DNA of 64,000 nucleotides from Alphaproteobacteria bacterium. GTDB lineage: Bacteria > Pseudomonadota > Alphaproteobacteria > UBA2966. The stretch spans positions 1,664,001-1,728,000 of the forward strand of contig OZ219856.1 in NCBI GenBank assembly GCA_964291395.2, given 5' to 3'. The notes below the pieces were generated by a model, which worked only from the letters and a program-made list of their open reading frames with translations, was not told where the DNA came from and did no database searches. The position numbers and the translations under genes are program-made. Positions 9,340 through 19,493 of this stretch are shown here, one piece after another (position 1 is the first letter of the stretch; every line of letters starts with the position of its first letter).

Positions 9340-10632
9340 ATGGAAAGCATCATCCTGCTCGCTTGCCTTATCACGTTGGTGCTGCTCGGCGCGCCGATCG
9401 GCTTCACGCTGATCCTGCTGCCGGTGGCCTACATCCTGCTCTTCGATCCGGGCGTGCCCCTGAACCTGATCCCGACCCAGATGTTCGACGTGCTCGATTC
9501 GGTGACGCTCACGGCGATCCCCTTCTTCATGCTGACCGGCGAGCTCATGAGCACGGGCAAGATCACCGACCGGTTGGTGGAGCTCTCCGCGCGCATCATC
9601 GGGCGCATGCGCGGCAGCCTGGCCCAGGTGAACATCCTGGTGAGCATGTTCTTCGCCGGCATGAACGGCTCGGTCGTGGCGGACACGGCCACCGTCGGCT
9701 CGCTGCTCATCCCGGCCATGAAGCTTCGCGGCTACGAGCCCGAATACGCCGCCGCGCTCACCTCGGTCAGCGCCACGATCGGCGGCATCATCCCACCCAG
9801 CATCGCCATGGTCATTCTTGCGAACGCGGGCGGCATTTCGGTCGGCGCCCTGTTCGCCGCCGGCATCATCCCGGGTCTCCTGATCGGGATGACCCTGATG
9901 GTCATGACCTACGTCATCGCGGTCAAGCGCAACTACGAGCGCAGCGAGGAGGATTTCAGTTGGGTCGCGCTGGGCAAGGCCTTCCTCAACGCATCCTTCG
10001 CGCTGGTCATTCCCGTCGTGCTGGTGGGGTCGGTCATGGGCGGCATCGCCGGCGTCGTGGAGGCCGGCGCCATCACCGCGTGCGTGGCACTGGGACTCGG
10101 CGCCTTCGTTTACAGGACCGTCACCTGGGCATCGGTCGTTCAGGCCTTCATCCGCGCCTTTCGGACCAGCGCCATCGTCTTCATCATCCTCTCCGCCGCC
10201 GGTCCGTTCAGCTGGCTGCTGACCATCCTGGGCGCGATCAACCTGCTCAGCGAATGGCTGCTCAGCTACGCCGACACGCCGATCCTGTTCGCGACGGTCC
10301 TCGTGCTCTTCATCTACTTCATCGGCATGGTGATGGACGCCGGCGCCAACATCATCGTGCTGGGACCGGTGTTGATCCACATCTGCGTGCAGGCCGGGTA
10401 TCCGGCCGAACAGGCCGCGATGATCATGGTCATCGGCTTTCTCTTCGGGACCGTGACGCCGCCCATCGGCGTGGCGTACTTCACCGCTGCGGCCGTGGCG
10501 CGGGCGACGCTGGAGTCCGTCGCCGTATCGATGCTGCCCTACCTCGTCGCCTTGTTCTTCCTCCTGTTCGCCGTCATCCTGGTGCCGCCGATCACGATGT
10601 GGCTGCCGACGGCATGGGGATTCATCCGCTAG
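9340..10632 (+). CDS. dctM: TRAP transporter large permease (DctM)
   Basis: 430-aa polytopic membrane protein; AIPFFMLTGELM, GIIPPSI, TPPIG. Confidence 0.93.
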   Translation: MESIILLACLITLVLLGAPIGFTLILLPVAYILLFDPGVPLNLIPTQMFDVLDSVTLTAIPFFMLTGELMSTGKITDRLVELSARIIGRMRGSLAQVNILVSMFFAGMNGSVVADTATVGSLLIPAMKLRGYEPEYAAALTSVSATIGGIIPPSIAMVILANAGGISVGALFAAGIIPGLLIGMTLMVMTYVIAVKRNYERSEEDFSWVALGKAFLNASFALVIPVVLVGSVMGGIAGVVEAGAITACVALGLGAFVYRTVTWASVVQAFIRAFRTSAIVFIILSAAGPFSWLLTILGAINLLSEWLLSYADTPILFATVLVLFIYFIGMVMDAGANIIVLGPVLIHICVQAGYPAEQAAMIMVIGFLFGTVTPPIGVAYFTAAAVARATLESVAVSMLPYLVALFFLLFAVILVPPITMWLPTAWGFIR

Positions 10633-10645
10633 GGGATCGGTCGAT

Positions 10646-11176
10646 ATGCTGGACGCCCTGAGAGCTCTCGATCTGTGGATCCGCCGGCTCCTGACCTGGT
10701 TCTGTGCGGTCCTGCTCGCCATGATGGTGGTGTTCACCGTCTACACGGTGTTCATGCGCTACGTCTTCGAGAACCCGCCCCCCTGGGGCGATCAGATGGC
10801 GGTGTTCAGTTGCATCTGGCTGGTGTTCATCGCCTTGGCCCTGACTACGCGGGAGAAGGAGCACATCGCGCTCGACATGCTCTACACCTATCTGCCGCTG
10901 AAGTGGTCTTTCACGGTCCAGCAGGCCTGGAACCTCATCATCTGCGCGCTCGGGTTCGTTCTGCTGGTCTACGGCTACGACACCGCGATCAACAATTTCG
11001 GCAAGTACTGGGAGCTCAACTACCTGCCCAAGAAGTATCCGATGATGATCCTGCCCACCACGGGAGGGCTGATCATGATCGGCTCGTTCGTCGCCTTCCT
11101 GGAGGACTGGGCCAGGTACAAGAAGGGCGAGTTCGTCGCCAAGGAGCCCCTCGACGAGGCCGTCGGCGGCGCCTGA
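10646..11176 (+). CDS. dctQ: TRAP transporter small permease (DctQ)
   Basis: About 4 TM helices; VFMRYVF, W-x-D, EHIALD. Confidence 0.9.
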   Translation: MLDALRALDLWIRRLLTWFCAVLLAMMVVFTVYTVFMRYVFENPPPWGDQMAVFSCIWLVFIALALTTREKEHIALDMLYTYLPLKWSFTVQQAWNLIICALGFVLLVYGYDTAINNFGKYWELNYLPKKYPMMILPTTGGLIMIGSFVAFLEDWARYKKGEFVAKEPLDEAVGGA

Positions 11177-11225
11177 GCCAAATTCATCTGAGGATCGAGG
11201 CGCCGGCGAGCGGCGCGTCCCGAAG

Positions 11226-11251
11226 AAAAAAGGGGGCCGGAGGCCCCCTTT
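11226..11251. terminator. Rho-independent terminator between convergent dctQ and dctP, probably bidirectional
   Basis: AAAAAAGGGGGCC-GGA-GGCCCCCTTT hairpin with A tract on the left and T tract on the right. Confidence 0.8.
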
Positions 11252-11277
11252 GAAATGAATTCGGTTGACGGCTTCGC

Positions 11278-12318
11278 CTAGAGCGCGCCGCCCTTCTTGA
11301 GAGAGTCGATGAACGAGTCGAGACCCTGCTCGGCGAGAGCCCGCTCGGCCAACTCGGGCTCATAGGCACCCTTGGCGTCCGCCCAGGCCCCGACGGCACC
11401 AGCCCGCCACATGTCCATCTCGGCGTCGCTCGGCTTGTACCACTCTTCGATCTGCTCCTTGAGCAATGCCGTCTGTTCCTTCACCCACTCGTTGTCGAGC
11501 GTGCGTGCCATGTGCGAAAAGGCGTCCATGCCGGCCCGTACCCACGCCTTCTCGTCGTCCGACAAGGCTCTGTACTGCTTCAGGTCCATGGAGATGTGAT
11601 TGCCGCCCCACGCACCGCCGATCTCGGTGTAGAACTTCTGCACCTCGTACATCTTGTAGACGTACTGCCACGGCACCTGCACGTACTGCCCCGAGACGAC
11701 GCCCGTCTGCAGGCCCTGATAGAGCTGCAGCCAGTCGTACGGCACCGGGATCGCGCCCCAGGTCTTGATCAGGGTGTACTCGATCGGGCTCTTGGTCACG
11801 CGGATCTTGATGCCCTTCAGGTCGCTGGGGACGTGAACCGAACGGGCCGCGTTGCCCAGGTGACGGAACCCGCCCGAGGCAAATACCTCGAAGACCTTGT
11901 GCTGGGTCGTCTCCTCGGCGATCTTGCTCTGAGCCTCGCCGAGCCAGGTATCCGAGATCTGATTGGCGGTGTCCAGGTTCTTGAACAGGTACGGAAGGTC
12001 GAAGATCGACAGGGCCGTCCCGAAGTTGCCGAAGTTGGCCGTCGAGCTCGTCCAGATCGCCAGCAGGCCCTGGTTCGCCTGCTCGCCGCACTTCTGCTCG
12101 CCGCAGATGGAGCCGCGATAGTGCGGATCGACGGTGAGCTGACCGCCGGAAACCTCCGCAACCTTCGGCACCAAACCCTGGTCCATGGCATCGCCGAGCG
12201 GCAGGCCCGGACGGCCTACGGAGCCGAGCTTGAGCACCTTCTGGGCGTCGGCGGCATCCGCGCCGATCGCCATGATCGCCGCAACCGCTGCCGCCACGAA
12301 AAGTGAACGCCTTTGCAT
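11278..12318 (-). CDS. dctP: TRAP transporter substrate-binding protein (DctP)
   Basis: Signal peptide; IFDLPYLF, GGFRH, PSDLKGIKIRV, LYQGLQTGVV. Confidence 0.92.
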   Translation of the reverse strand: MQRRSLFVAAAVAAIMAIGADAADAQKVLKLGSVGRPGLPLGDAMDQGLVPKVAEVSGGQLTVDPHYRGSICGEQKCGEQANQGLLAIWTSSTANFGNFGTALSIFDLPYLFKNLDTANQISDTWLGEAQSKIAEETTQHKVFEVFASGGFRHLGNAARSVHVPSDLKGIKIRVTKSPIEYTLIKTWGAIPVPYDWLQLYQGLQTGVVSGQYVQVPWQYVYKMYEVQKFYTEIGGAWGGNHISMDLKQYRALSDDEKAWVRAGMDAFSHMARTLDNEWVKEQTALLKEQIEEWYKPSDAEMDMWRAGAVGAWADAKGAYEPELAERALAEQGLDSFIDSLKKGGAL

Positions 12319-12495
12319 AGATGTCCTCCCCTTGATTAGTTGGACGATTGTCGAGGGATATATCCCACTGACGGCGGCGAAGACCGCCGCCGAGGAACGC
12401 CGCATCGTCGACTAACCGATACGCGAACGGCCCAGGCTCTTACCAAGCCGTACGTACCATGCCAAGCAACGAGGGCGGCGCATAATGACACAAGT

Positions 12496-12564
12496 GCGCG
12501 GGGCCGATCCAGTTTTTGAAAGGGATTGCGACAGGGGATTTTGATCAGGATCGTCGCGGTGGTC
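12496..12564. repeat. ~69-bp direct repeat, copy 1 (copy 2 at 13310-13378)
   Basis: GCGCGGGGCCGATCCAGTTTT...GGGATT.CGACAGGGGATTT...GTCGCGGTGGTC at both positions. Confidence 0.88.
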
Positions 12565-12831
12565 TTCGGGTGCTCGTCCAGATGATGGACATGGGGCACC
12601 GCGTCGAAGGGGAGACAGACCCACCCGGCCCAGTAGTAGTCGATCGTCAGTTCCGAGAGCGGTGGAAACTTGTTCCGTAACGCCCCGAGCAATCGGGCCT
12701 TCCATCTCGGGCGGTCGACCGTGCGCTCGTCGATGGGGCCGCGGCCTCCCATCATGATGCGGTCGTCCGGCAGGCGCCGGTAGTAGAAGAGCACGTGCCG
12801 CGTGTCCGCGACCGGCGCGGTCGAGCGGAAA
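12565..12831 (-). pseudogene. Duplicated internal fragment of the downstream FAD oxidoreductase (matches 13610-13876)
   Basis: Translates FRSTAPVADTRHVLFYYRRLPDDRIMMGGRG...HHLDEHP, nearly identical to the corresponding part of 13411..14784. Confidence 0.92.
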
Positions 12832-12999
12832 ATGATAATATCGGATAATGACAATGGGCTGAGGGAAATTCCCTTCCGTTCACGAACCGCATCTTCGCGC
12901 TGGTCGCGGCCGAGCGGAATCGCCCACGTACGGCCATGCAGCATGTGGTGTGAGCCGAGTAGTGAAGGCGGAGAGAAGCATCCAACCCGGGGAACCAAG

Positions 13000-13224
13000 A
13001 TGACCGACACGCTGATCGAACGGAATCCGGACATACTTGGCGGGACCCCCGTTTTCGCGGGAACCCGGGTTCCGGTACGCATATTGATGGAGCATCTCGA
13101 GGCGGGGGACCGGCTCGACGACTTCCTGACGGACTACCCCACCGTGTCCCGGTGGCAGGCAGTAGCATTGTTGGAACGGGCGACCACGATGCTGGTATCG
13201 GGCGGCGATGAAGCTGCTGCTTGA
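13000..13224 (+). CDS. DUF433 family antitoxin
   Basis: NPDILGGTPVFAGTRVPV...DDFLTDYPTVS, the DUF433 signature. Confidence 0.92.
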   Translation: MTDTLIERNPDILGGTPVFAGTRVPVRILMEHLEAGDRLDDFLTDYPTVSRWQAVALLERATTMLVSGGDEAAA

Positions 13225-13309
13225 CGAATCGGTGCCGAAGCGCCTCGCCCTGTCCTTCCCCGAATCGTTCGTGCTGGCCCCGAACCTTCGCATACTTGCG
13301 GTGCCTTGA
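13208..13309 (+). pseudogene. Truncated DUF5615 PIN-like toxin (partner of DUF433)
   Basis: MKLLLDESVPKRLA N-terminus overlapping the DUF433 stop; only 33 codons, ending at the start of the repeat. Confidence 0.78.
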
Positions 13310-13378
13310 GCGCGGGGCCGATCCAGTTTTCGAAATGGGATTACGACAGGGGATTTGACCGGGATTGTCGCGGTGGTC
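13310..13378. repeat. ~69-bp direct repeat, copy 2
   Basis: Matches 12496-12564. Confidence 0.88.
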
Positions 13379-13410
13379 CGTAGCTTCGAGAGCGCGTTGC
13401 CGCGGTCGAT

Positions 13411-14784
13411 TCAGGCGTCTTGCAGCCGGTACCACGCGTACATGACGCGCTGGCCGAGACGGCGAAAGGAAGCCAGCGGGAACTCAGGCATGGGGCGGGC
13501 GAGCGCCTCGGGAATTTCTCCGCGGCCTCCGATGCGATCGGCGAGCAGGGAACCGAAATGCAGAGCCGGGGCCACGCCGGTCCCGCAATATCCGAGCGAG
13601 AACCAGACGTTCGGATGCTCGTCCAGATGATGAACATGGGGCACCGCGTCGAAGGGGAGACAGACCCACCCGGCCCAGTAGTGGTCGATCGTCAGTCCCG
13701 AGAGCGGTGGAAACTTGTTCCGCAACGCCCCGAGCAACCGCTTCTTCCATCTCGGGTGGTCGACCGTGCGCTCGTCGATGGGGCCGCGGCCTCCCATCAT
13801 GATGCGGTCGTCCGGCAGGCGCCGGTAGTAGAAGAGCACGTGCCGAGTGTCCGCCACCGGCGCGGTCGAGCGGAAATCGGTCGCCCCCTTCTCGTCCGCC
13901 GTCATCGGACGGGTCACGATGACGTTGGAAAGGACCGGCAGCGTCCGTGCCCTCAGGGCCGGATGCAGGGAGTCGCCGGTGTAGCCGTTGGTGGCGACGA
14001 CCACGTGCTTGGCGCGCGCCAACGCCCGTGGAGTCATGACCGCGTATCCGGAACCGTCGGAGCGCCAGCCGGTGACCGGACTCGCCCGGTGCACCGAAAC
14101 GCCCGCGCCGCGCGCCAGACGCAAGACCCCCTGGGCGAGTTTCAGGGGATGAACCGCGAACCCGTCGGGAAACCGTAGGGCCGCAAAGGCTTCGTCGCTC
14201 CTGAAGTAGTGCTTCTCGATGTCCCCGGCGTCGAGGAGTTCCGCACCGTAACCGAAGGCTTCGTTGAGCAGCTTGTGGTCTTCCGCCAGCCCGCCGATGC
14301 TGGCGGGGCGGTGCGCCACGCGCAGCAGGCCGGTATCCTGCAGGTCGCAATCGATGCCGCCGTCCCCGATCAGGGACCGGACCGTGCCGAGAGCCGAAAG
14401 CTGCTCGTCGAACAGCGCCTTGGCGCCGTCCACACCCCAACGCCGGCGCCAGTCCCGCAACGGAACCCGCCCGATGCCGGGACGGATATTGCCGCCGTTG
14501 CGGCCGCTGCAGCCCCAGCCGGGCACGTTCGCCTCCAGGACGACGACGTCGGCACCGTGGTTCCGAGAAAGGTGATAGGCGCAGCTCAGGCCGGTGTAGC
14601 CGCCGCCGATGACGGCGACGTCCGCCTCGCGGTCCTGGTCGAAAACGCCATCGTCGTCGGGCTGCGGGCCGGCGGTCGCCGCCCAATAGCTGTCCGGTAG
14701 GGACAGGCCCTCGCCGGGGCCCCGGCCCTTCAAGGGGTCGTATGATACGCTTCCGGTCGGAGGCCGCGATCCGGCATCGGGCAT
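13411..14784 (-). CDS. FAD-dependent oxidoreductase (DAO family, PuuB-like amine oxidase)
   Basis: SYWAATA, VIGGGYTGLS, GCSGRNGG, VHPLKLA, GYCGTGV. Confidence 0.9.
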   Translation of the reverse strand: MPDAGSRPPTGSVSYDPLKGRGPGEGLSLPDSYWAATAGPQPDDDGVFDQDREADVAVIGGGYTGLSCAYHLSRNHGADVVVLEANVPGWGCSGRNGGNIRPGIGRVPLRDWRRRWGVDGAKALFDEQLSALGTVRSLIGDGGIDCDLQDTGLLRVAHRPASIGGLAEDHKLLNEAFGYGAELLDAGDIEKHYFRSDEAFAALRFPDGFAVHPLKLAQGVLRLARGAGVSVHRASPVTGWRSDGSGYAVMTPRALARAKHVVVATNGYTGDSLHPALRARTLPVLSNVIVTRPMTADEKGATDFRSTAPVADTRHVLFYYRRLPDDRIMMGGRGPIDERTVDHPRWKKRLLGALRNKFPPLSGLTIDHYWAGWVCLPFDAVPHVHHLDEHPNVWFSLGYCGTGVAPALHFGSLLADRIGGRGEIPEALARPMPEFPLASFRRLGQRVMYAWYRLQDA

Positions 14785-14802
14785 CGGGATCGGATGCGCG
14801 GA

Positions 14803-16455
14803 CTATTCTGCGGCGTGCGCCGCCGGCGGGGTCACCAGTCCCGACTCGAAGTCCTGCAGCAGGCGCTCGGCCGGCCGCTCCGCCGGATCTCCATAGCCAC
14901 CGCCGCCGCTGGTTTCGGTGACCAGGACATCCCCGCGGTTGAGCTTGAGACTGGTCTTGGAGGCGACCGGAACCTCGCCCCCGGTCTCCCGGATGATCCG
15001 GGTGCGCGTCAGGTCGCCCGGTTCGCCGCCGAAGGCGCCGTCCGGCGCGATGCGGTAGCGGTCCGAGTAGTGGCCCAGCGTGACGTCGTCCGCGAGGATT
15101 TCGAACCTGCGGCGCAACCCGTTCCCGCCCCGGAATTTCCCGCGCCCCCCGGAGTCGGGCCGCAGCGCATATTCGGTGACACGGAAGAAATCGTACTGCT
15201 GGTCCAGGGACTCGACCGGGATGTTGCTGCAGTTGGACAGCGGGCCGTCGATGCCGTCGCTGCCGTCGGAGCCCGGCCCCGCGCCGTAGCCCCCGCCATA
15301 GATCTCGAGATAGATGCTGTAGTTGCCATCCACCAGCCGGCTCATGCAGATGGAATGGGTCGTGTCGAACCCGGTGGCTATGACCTTGTCCGGTACGGCC
15401 TTGGCCAACGCCTTCACGACCGCGTCGAAGGCCCGGAAGGCGGGGATCATGCGCGCCCGCACCGGTGCCGGCGGCTTGGGATTGAGCAGGCTGCCGTAAG
15501 GGGCCGTCACCGTTATCGGCTTCGCCAGACCCTGGTTGAACGGGATGTCGGGCGAGCTGGCCACCGCCTTGACCGCCGCCAAGGCGGCCGAGACCGTCGA
15601 GGCGAAGGGGCAGTTCAGGTTGAGCAACACCTGGTCGGCGGTCCCTGCGAAATCGACCGCGATATCGTCGCCGTCGACCGTTACGGCCGCCTTGATGGGT
15701 AGCGGCTTCGAGTTGATCCCGTCGTCGTCGACGGCGTCCTCGCCGTGATAGACGCCGTCCGGAATCTCCGCGATGGCCGCGCGCATGCGCCGCTCGGAAT
15801 AGGTGAGATGGGAGTCCATGACGGACATGATGGTCCCCGCGCCGTAACGCGCGCAGAGCTGCTTCACCCGCTCGCCGCCGATGGCGTTGGCCGCGAATTG
15901 CGCGTTGAAGTCGCCGATGGTCAGTTCGGGCACGCGGATATTGGCCGCGATCAGGCGCTCGAACGGACCACCGTTCCAGTCGCGCCCCATGTTGTAGCGC
16001 GACGGCGGGATGATGAGCCCTTCCTGATGGACGTCGGTGGCATCCGGGTTCATGCCGGGCGCGCCGCCGCCGAGGTCCAGGTGATGGGCCACGCTCGCGC
16101 TGAACCCGACCAACGTCCGGTCGAAGAAGATCGGCGAGAAGATGAACACGTCCGGCAGGTGCTGACCGCCTTCGAACGGGCTGTTGTTGATGTAGAAATC
16201 GCCCTCTTCGAGTTCCTCGGGAGGGACGGTTTCCGCGCAGGGCTTGAAGGTGGCGCCGAGGGGTCCGAGCTGCATCGGGATCAACTCCGCCTGCGCCACC
16301 ACGTTCCCGTGCCGGTCCAGCAGCGCGGCCGAGCCGTCGCTCGCCTCGCGCAGGATCGTCGAGTAGGCCGAGCGGATCAGCTTCACGCCCATTTCCCGGG
16401 CCGAGGCCACCAGCCCCTGGCTGATCACTGCCTGATCGATGGGGTCCAGGTTCAT
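14803..16455 (-). CDS. Hydantoinase B / oxoprolinase family protein
   Basis: RSAYSTILRE, GGQHLPD, AHHLDLGG, QEGL, GGGGYGDP. Confidence 0.93.
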   Translation of the reverse strand: MNLDPIDQAVISQGLVASAREMGVKLIRSAYSTILREASDGSAALLDRHGNVVAQAELIPMQLGPLGATFKPCAETVPPEELEEGDFYINNSPFEGGQHLPDVFIFSPIFFDRTLVGFSASVAHHLDLGGGAPGMNPDATDVHQEGLIIPPSRYNMGRDWNGGPFERLIAANIRVPELTIGDFNAQFAANAIGGERVKQLCARYGAGTIMSVMDSHLTYSERRMRAAIAEIPDGVYHGEDAVDDDGINSKPLPIKAAVTVDGDDIAVDFAGTADQVLLNLNCPFASTVSAALAAVKAVASSPDIPFNQGLAKPITVTAPYGSLLNPKPPAPVRARMIPAFRAFDAVVKALAKAVPDKVIATGFDTTHSICMSRLVDGNYSIYLEIYGGGYGAGPGSDGSDGIDGPLSNCSNIPVESLDQQYDFFRVTEYALRPDSGGRGKFRGGNGLRRRFEILADDVTLGHYSDRYRIAPDGAFGGEPGDLTRTRIIRETGGEVPVASKTSLKLNRGDVLVTETSGGGGYGDPAERPAERLLQDFESGLVTPPAAHAAE

Positions 16456-16459
16456 CTGC

Positions 16460-18475
16460 TTATCCGATCCTTCGGATGACGAGGTTGTCGTGTTCGTCCG
16501 GGCCGCCGGTCCACCCTCCCGGTACATAGATCGTAGACGTTTCGTCCGCAACAAGCGCGGGACCCGCGACCTCCGATTCCGGCTCGCAGGCGGAGCGGCT
16601 CATCACGATGCACTCGGTCCGCTCACCCCGGTCGAAAATCTCGCCTTCCGTCGTGAAGAGCTCCATGCCGTGCCCCTCGGCCAGGGTCGGGACGGGTCCG
16701 GGAGGGGCCGAGACACCCAGGCGGAACGACACGATCTCGACCCGCTGGCGCCCCGCGTCGCCGAAGGCGAACATCTGGTGGTGCGCCGCGACGAACAGCT
16801 CGAGCAGGGTCTCTACTCGCAGGTCCTTCAGCGCCGCTTCATCGAGCGTCACCGGGATCTCGAACGCCTGGCCGACGAAACGCATCTCCAGCGTGAAAGT
16901 GAACGCCAGCGCATCGGTAAGGCCGAGCTCCGCGAACGCCTCGACGGCGCGGCCTTTCATGGCCGCGAAAATTTCGCGAACCTCGTCGGCGACGTCTCCC
17001 TCGACGATCAGGTGACGAGTGTAGCTGTCGTAGCGCAGGAAGTCCGCTGCCAACAGCCCGAAGGCCGAGAGAACGCCGGCGTTGGGCGGCACCACGACGG
17101 TCCCGATCTCCAGCTCCTCGGCGACGCGCGCCGCATGAAGCGGTCCGGCGCCGCCGAAGGGGACGAGGACGTAATCCCTGGGATCGCGCCCGCGCTCGGT
17201 CGAGACGAGCTGAATGGCGCGGACGATGTTCGCGTCGGCCACGCGCAGGGCGGCGTCGGCCATCTCCTCCAGGCTCCTGCCGAACCGCTCCGCCAGGGGA
17301 GTCAGCGCCGACCTCGATTTGCCTCGGTCGAGGGACATGCGCCCGCCGACGAAGGCTTCCGCCTTCAGCGTGCCGCGCAACAGATGCGCGTCGGTAACGG
17401 CCGGCAGCGTTCCGCCCCGGCCGTAGCAGGCCGGTCCCGGATCGGCGCCCGTGGATTCGGGCCCGACGCGCAGCATGCCTCCGTCGTCGACCCAGATGAT
17501 GGAACCGCCCCCCGCCCCGATCGTCGCGATGTCGATCACCGGGGTACGCACCGGCAACCCGTTGATTTCCGTCTCGGTTGAAAGGTCCGGCTTGCCGCCG
17601 CGCACCAGGCACACGTCGGTGCTGGTACCTCCCATGTCGAGGGTGATGATGTCGTCGAAGCCGGAGATACCGGCTTGCCGAACGGCTCCCATCACCCCCG
17701 CCGCCGGCCCCGAATAGAGACAGGTGATGGCGCTGCGGCGGATGCCGTCCGTCGGAAGACGGCCGCCGTTCGACTGCATGATCGAGAAGTTCCGCTTGAA
17801 GCCGAGCGACTCCAGCTCCGCCTCCAGCCGCGAAATATAGGAATCGATGACCGGCTGCACGTAGGCCGACAGCGCGGTCGTGGTCGCCCTCTCGTATTCG
17901 CGGAACTCCCGGGTCACCTCGGCCGAATACGTCACGAAGACGTCCGGATGCCTCTCGCGGATCAGGCCGGCAATCCGTTCCTCGTGATCCGGATTGGCGT
18001 ACGAGTTGAGAAAGCAGATCGCGACGGCATCGTAGGCGCCGCCGGCGAGGGCCGACCCCGCGACCTGCTTCGCGGATTCGATATCCAGGGGCGTGATGAT
18101 CCCGCCGTCCGCGCCGATGCGTTCCCTGATCTCGAACGTGTCTCCCCGTCCGACCACCGGCTCTGGTTTCTGGTAGAACAGGTCGTAGATCCGCTTGCGG
18201 TCGTGACGTTGAAGCAGCAACAGATCGCGGAAGCCGGCGGTCACGAAGAAGGCGACCTTGGCGCCCTTGCGCTCGAGGATGGCATTGGTCGCCACCGTCG
18301 AGCCGTGAACCAGGTCTTCGATCGCGTCGAGCCGGATGTCCGCGGCGGCGAGCGACGAAAGCGCGCCTTCGTCGGGGCGCGCCGGCGTGCTCGGCACTTT
18401 GGCGACGGTGACCCGCCCCCGATCGATGGCGACGAGATCCGTGAACGTGCCGCCGACTTCGATTCCCACTCGCAA
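16460..18475 (-). CDS. Hydantoinase A / oxoprolinase family protein (ATP-binding subunit)
   Basis: GIEVGGTFTD, HGSTVATNA, SGPAAG, DMGGTSTDV, GAGGGS, GADPGPACYG; TTG start assumed. Confidence 0.93.
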   Translation of the reverse strand: MRVGIEVGGTFTDLVAIDRGRVTVAKVPSTPARPDEGALSSLAAADIRLDAIEDLVHGSTVATNAILERKGAKVAFFVTAGFRDLLLLQRHDRKRIYDLFYQKPEPVVGRGDTFEIRERIGADGGIITPLDIESAKQVAGSALAGGAYDAVAICFLNSYANPDHEERIAGLIRERHPDVFVTYSAEVTREFREYERATTTALSAYVQPVIDSYISRLEAELESLGFKRNFSIMQSNGGRLPTDGIRRSAITCLYSGPAAGVMGAVRQAGISGFDDIITLDMGGTSTDVCLVRGGKPDLSTETEINGLPVRTPVIDIATIGAGGGSIIWVDDGGMLRVGPESTGADPGPACYGRGGTLPAVTDAHLLRGTLKAEAFVGGRMSLDRGKSRSALTPLAERFGRSLEEMADAALRVADANIVRAIQLVSTERGRDPRDYVLVPFGGAGPLHAARVAEELEIGTVVVPPNAGVLSAFGLLAADFLRYDSYTRHLIVEGDVADEVREIFAAMKGRAVEAFAELGLTDALAFTFTLEMRFVGQAFEIPVTLDEAALKDLRVETLLELFVAAHHQMFAFGDAGRQRVEIVSFRLGVSAPPGPVPTLAEGHGMELFTTEGEIFDRGERTECIVMSRSACEPESEVAGPALVADETSTIYVPGGWTGGPDEHDNLVIRRIG

Positions 18476-18625
18476 CTCGAAACCCCCTGCCTTTGATCGA
18501 TACGCTAAGGAGAGCGACCGTGCCGGAGTATGTCGGCTTTGATGCATCGAAGGAAGTGACAGCGCCCCGCTCGCGCTCTTCCCGCCTCGAGGGGAGACCG
18601 GGAGGGAGATCGTTGCGGATCGGCC

Positions 18626-19471
18626 TTAGAACGGCGCGTCGCCCTTGAGCGTGATGCGATGCATCTTCCGGCGATAGCCCTGGTAGTCGTTCAGCGGGAA
18701 ATGCTGAGACGCCCGATTGTCCCAGATGACCAGGGTGCCCTGCTCCCAGCGAACCCGACAGGTAAAGTCCGGTTGAACCTGGTGGGCGAACAGGAATTCC
18801 AGGAGCGGGGCGCTCTCCGCTTCCGTCATGCCGTCGAACTTCACCGTATGCCCCGCATTGACGTAGAGCGCTTTGGCACCCGTCTCCGGATGGGTGCGCA
18901 CGACCGGATGCACGGCCTCCAGGGACTCTCGCTTGCGTTTCTCGCTCACATTTGTCCGGATCTGGTTGGCCTTGGCCGACGTGTTGAGCCCACGGAGCGG
19001 GGCGAGCAGGGCCTTCATCCCGTCCGATAAGGCTTCATACGCCGCCACCTGACTGGCGAACAGCGTATCGCCGCCGATCGGCGGGATTTCCCGGGCGAGA
19101 AGCATGGTCGCGGCGGGCGGGCATTTCAGGTACGCCGTGTCCGTATGCCAGACGCCGCCGAAATTCTGAGTCTCTTCCGGCTCCTTGATGACCGGCGTAA
19201 TGACGGGATATTCGTCGATACCGGCTACGAAAGGATAGATGTCCGGCTCGCCCATCGCCTCGGCGAACGCGATCTGCTGCTTCGGCGTGAGGTCCTGGCC
19301 GCGGATGACCAGCACGTGGTGGCGCAGGAAAACCGCTTTGAGTCCCGCGACAACCGCCTTCGTCAATGGCCCGTCCAGGCGCAGTCCCCGGATCTCCAGC
19401 CCGATGACCGGCGACAAAAGCCGACCGTCGAACGGCGTTTCCCCGGGATCGGATGCGCTTCGCAGGGCCAT
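18626..19471 (-). CDS. TauD/TfdA family 2-oxoglutarate/Fe(II) dioxygenase
   Basis: WHTD, GGDTLFA, HPVVRTHPETG, WDNRASQH, R-x-MHR. Confidence 0.93.
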   Translation of the reverse strand: MALRSASDPGETPFDGRLLSPVIGLEIRGLRLDGPLTKAVVAGLKAVFLRHHVLVIRGQDLTPKQQIAFAEAMGEPDIYPFVAGIDEYPVITPVIKEPEETQNFGGVWHTDTAYLKCPPAATMLLAREIPPIGGDTLFASQVAAYEALSDGMKALLAPLRGLNTSAKANQIRTNVSEKRKRESLEAVHPVVRTHPETGAKALYVNAGHTVKFDGMTEAESAPLLEFLFAHQVQPDFTCRVRWEQGTLVIWDNRASQHFPLNDYQGYRRKMHRITLKGDAPF

Positions 19472-19493
19472 CAACGCGATTCGGTTTGCGGCA

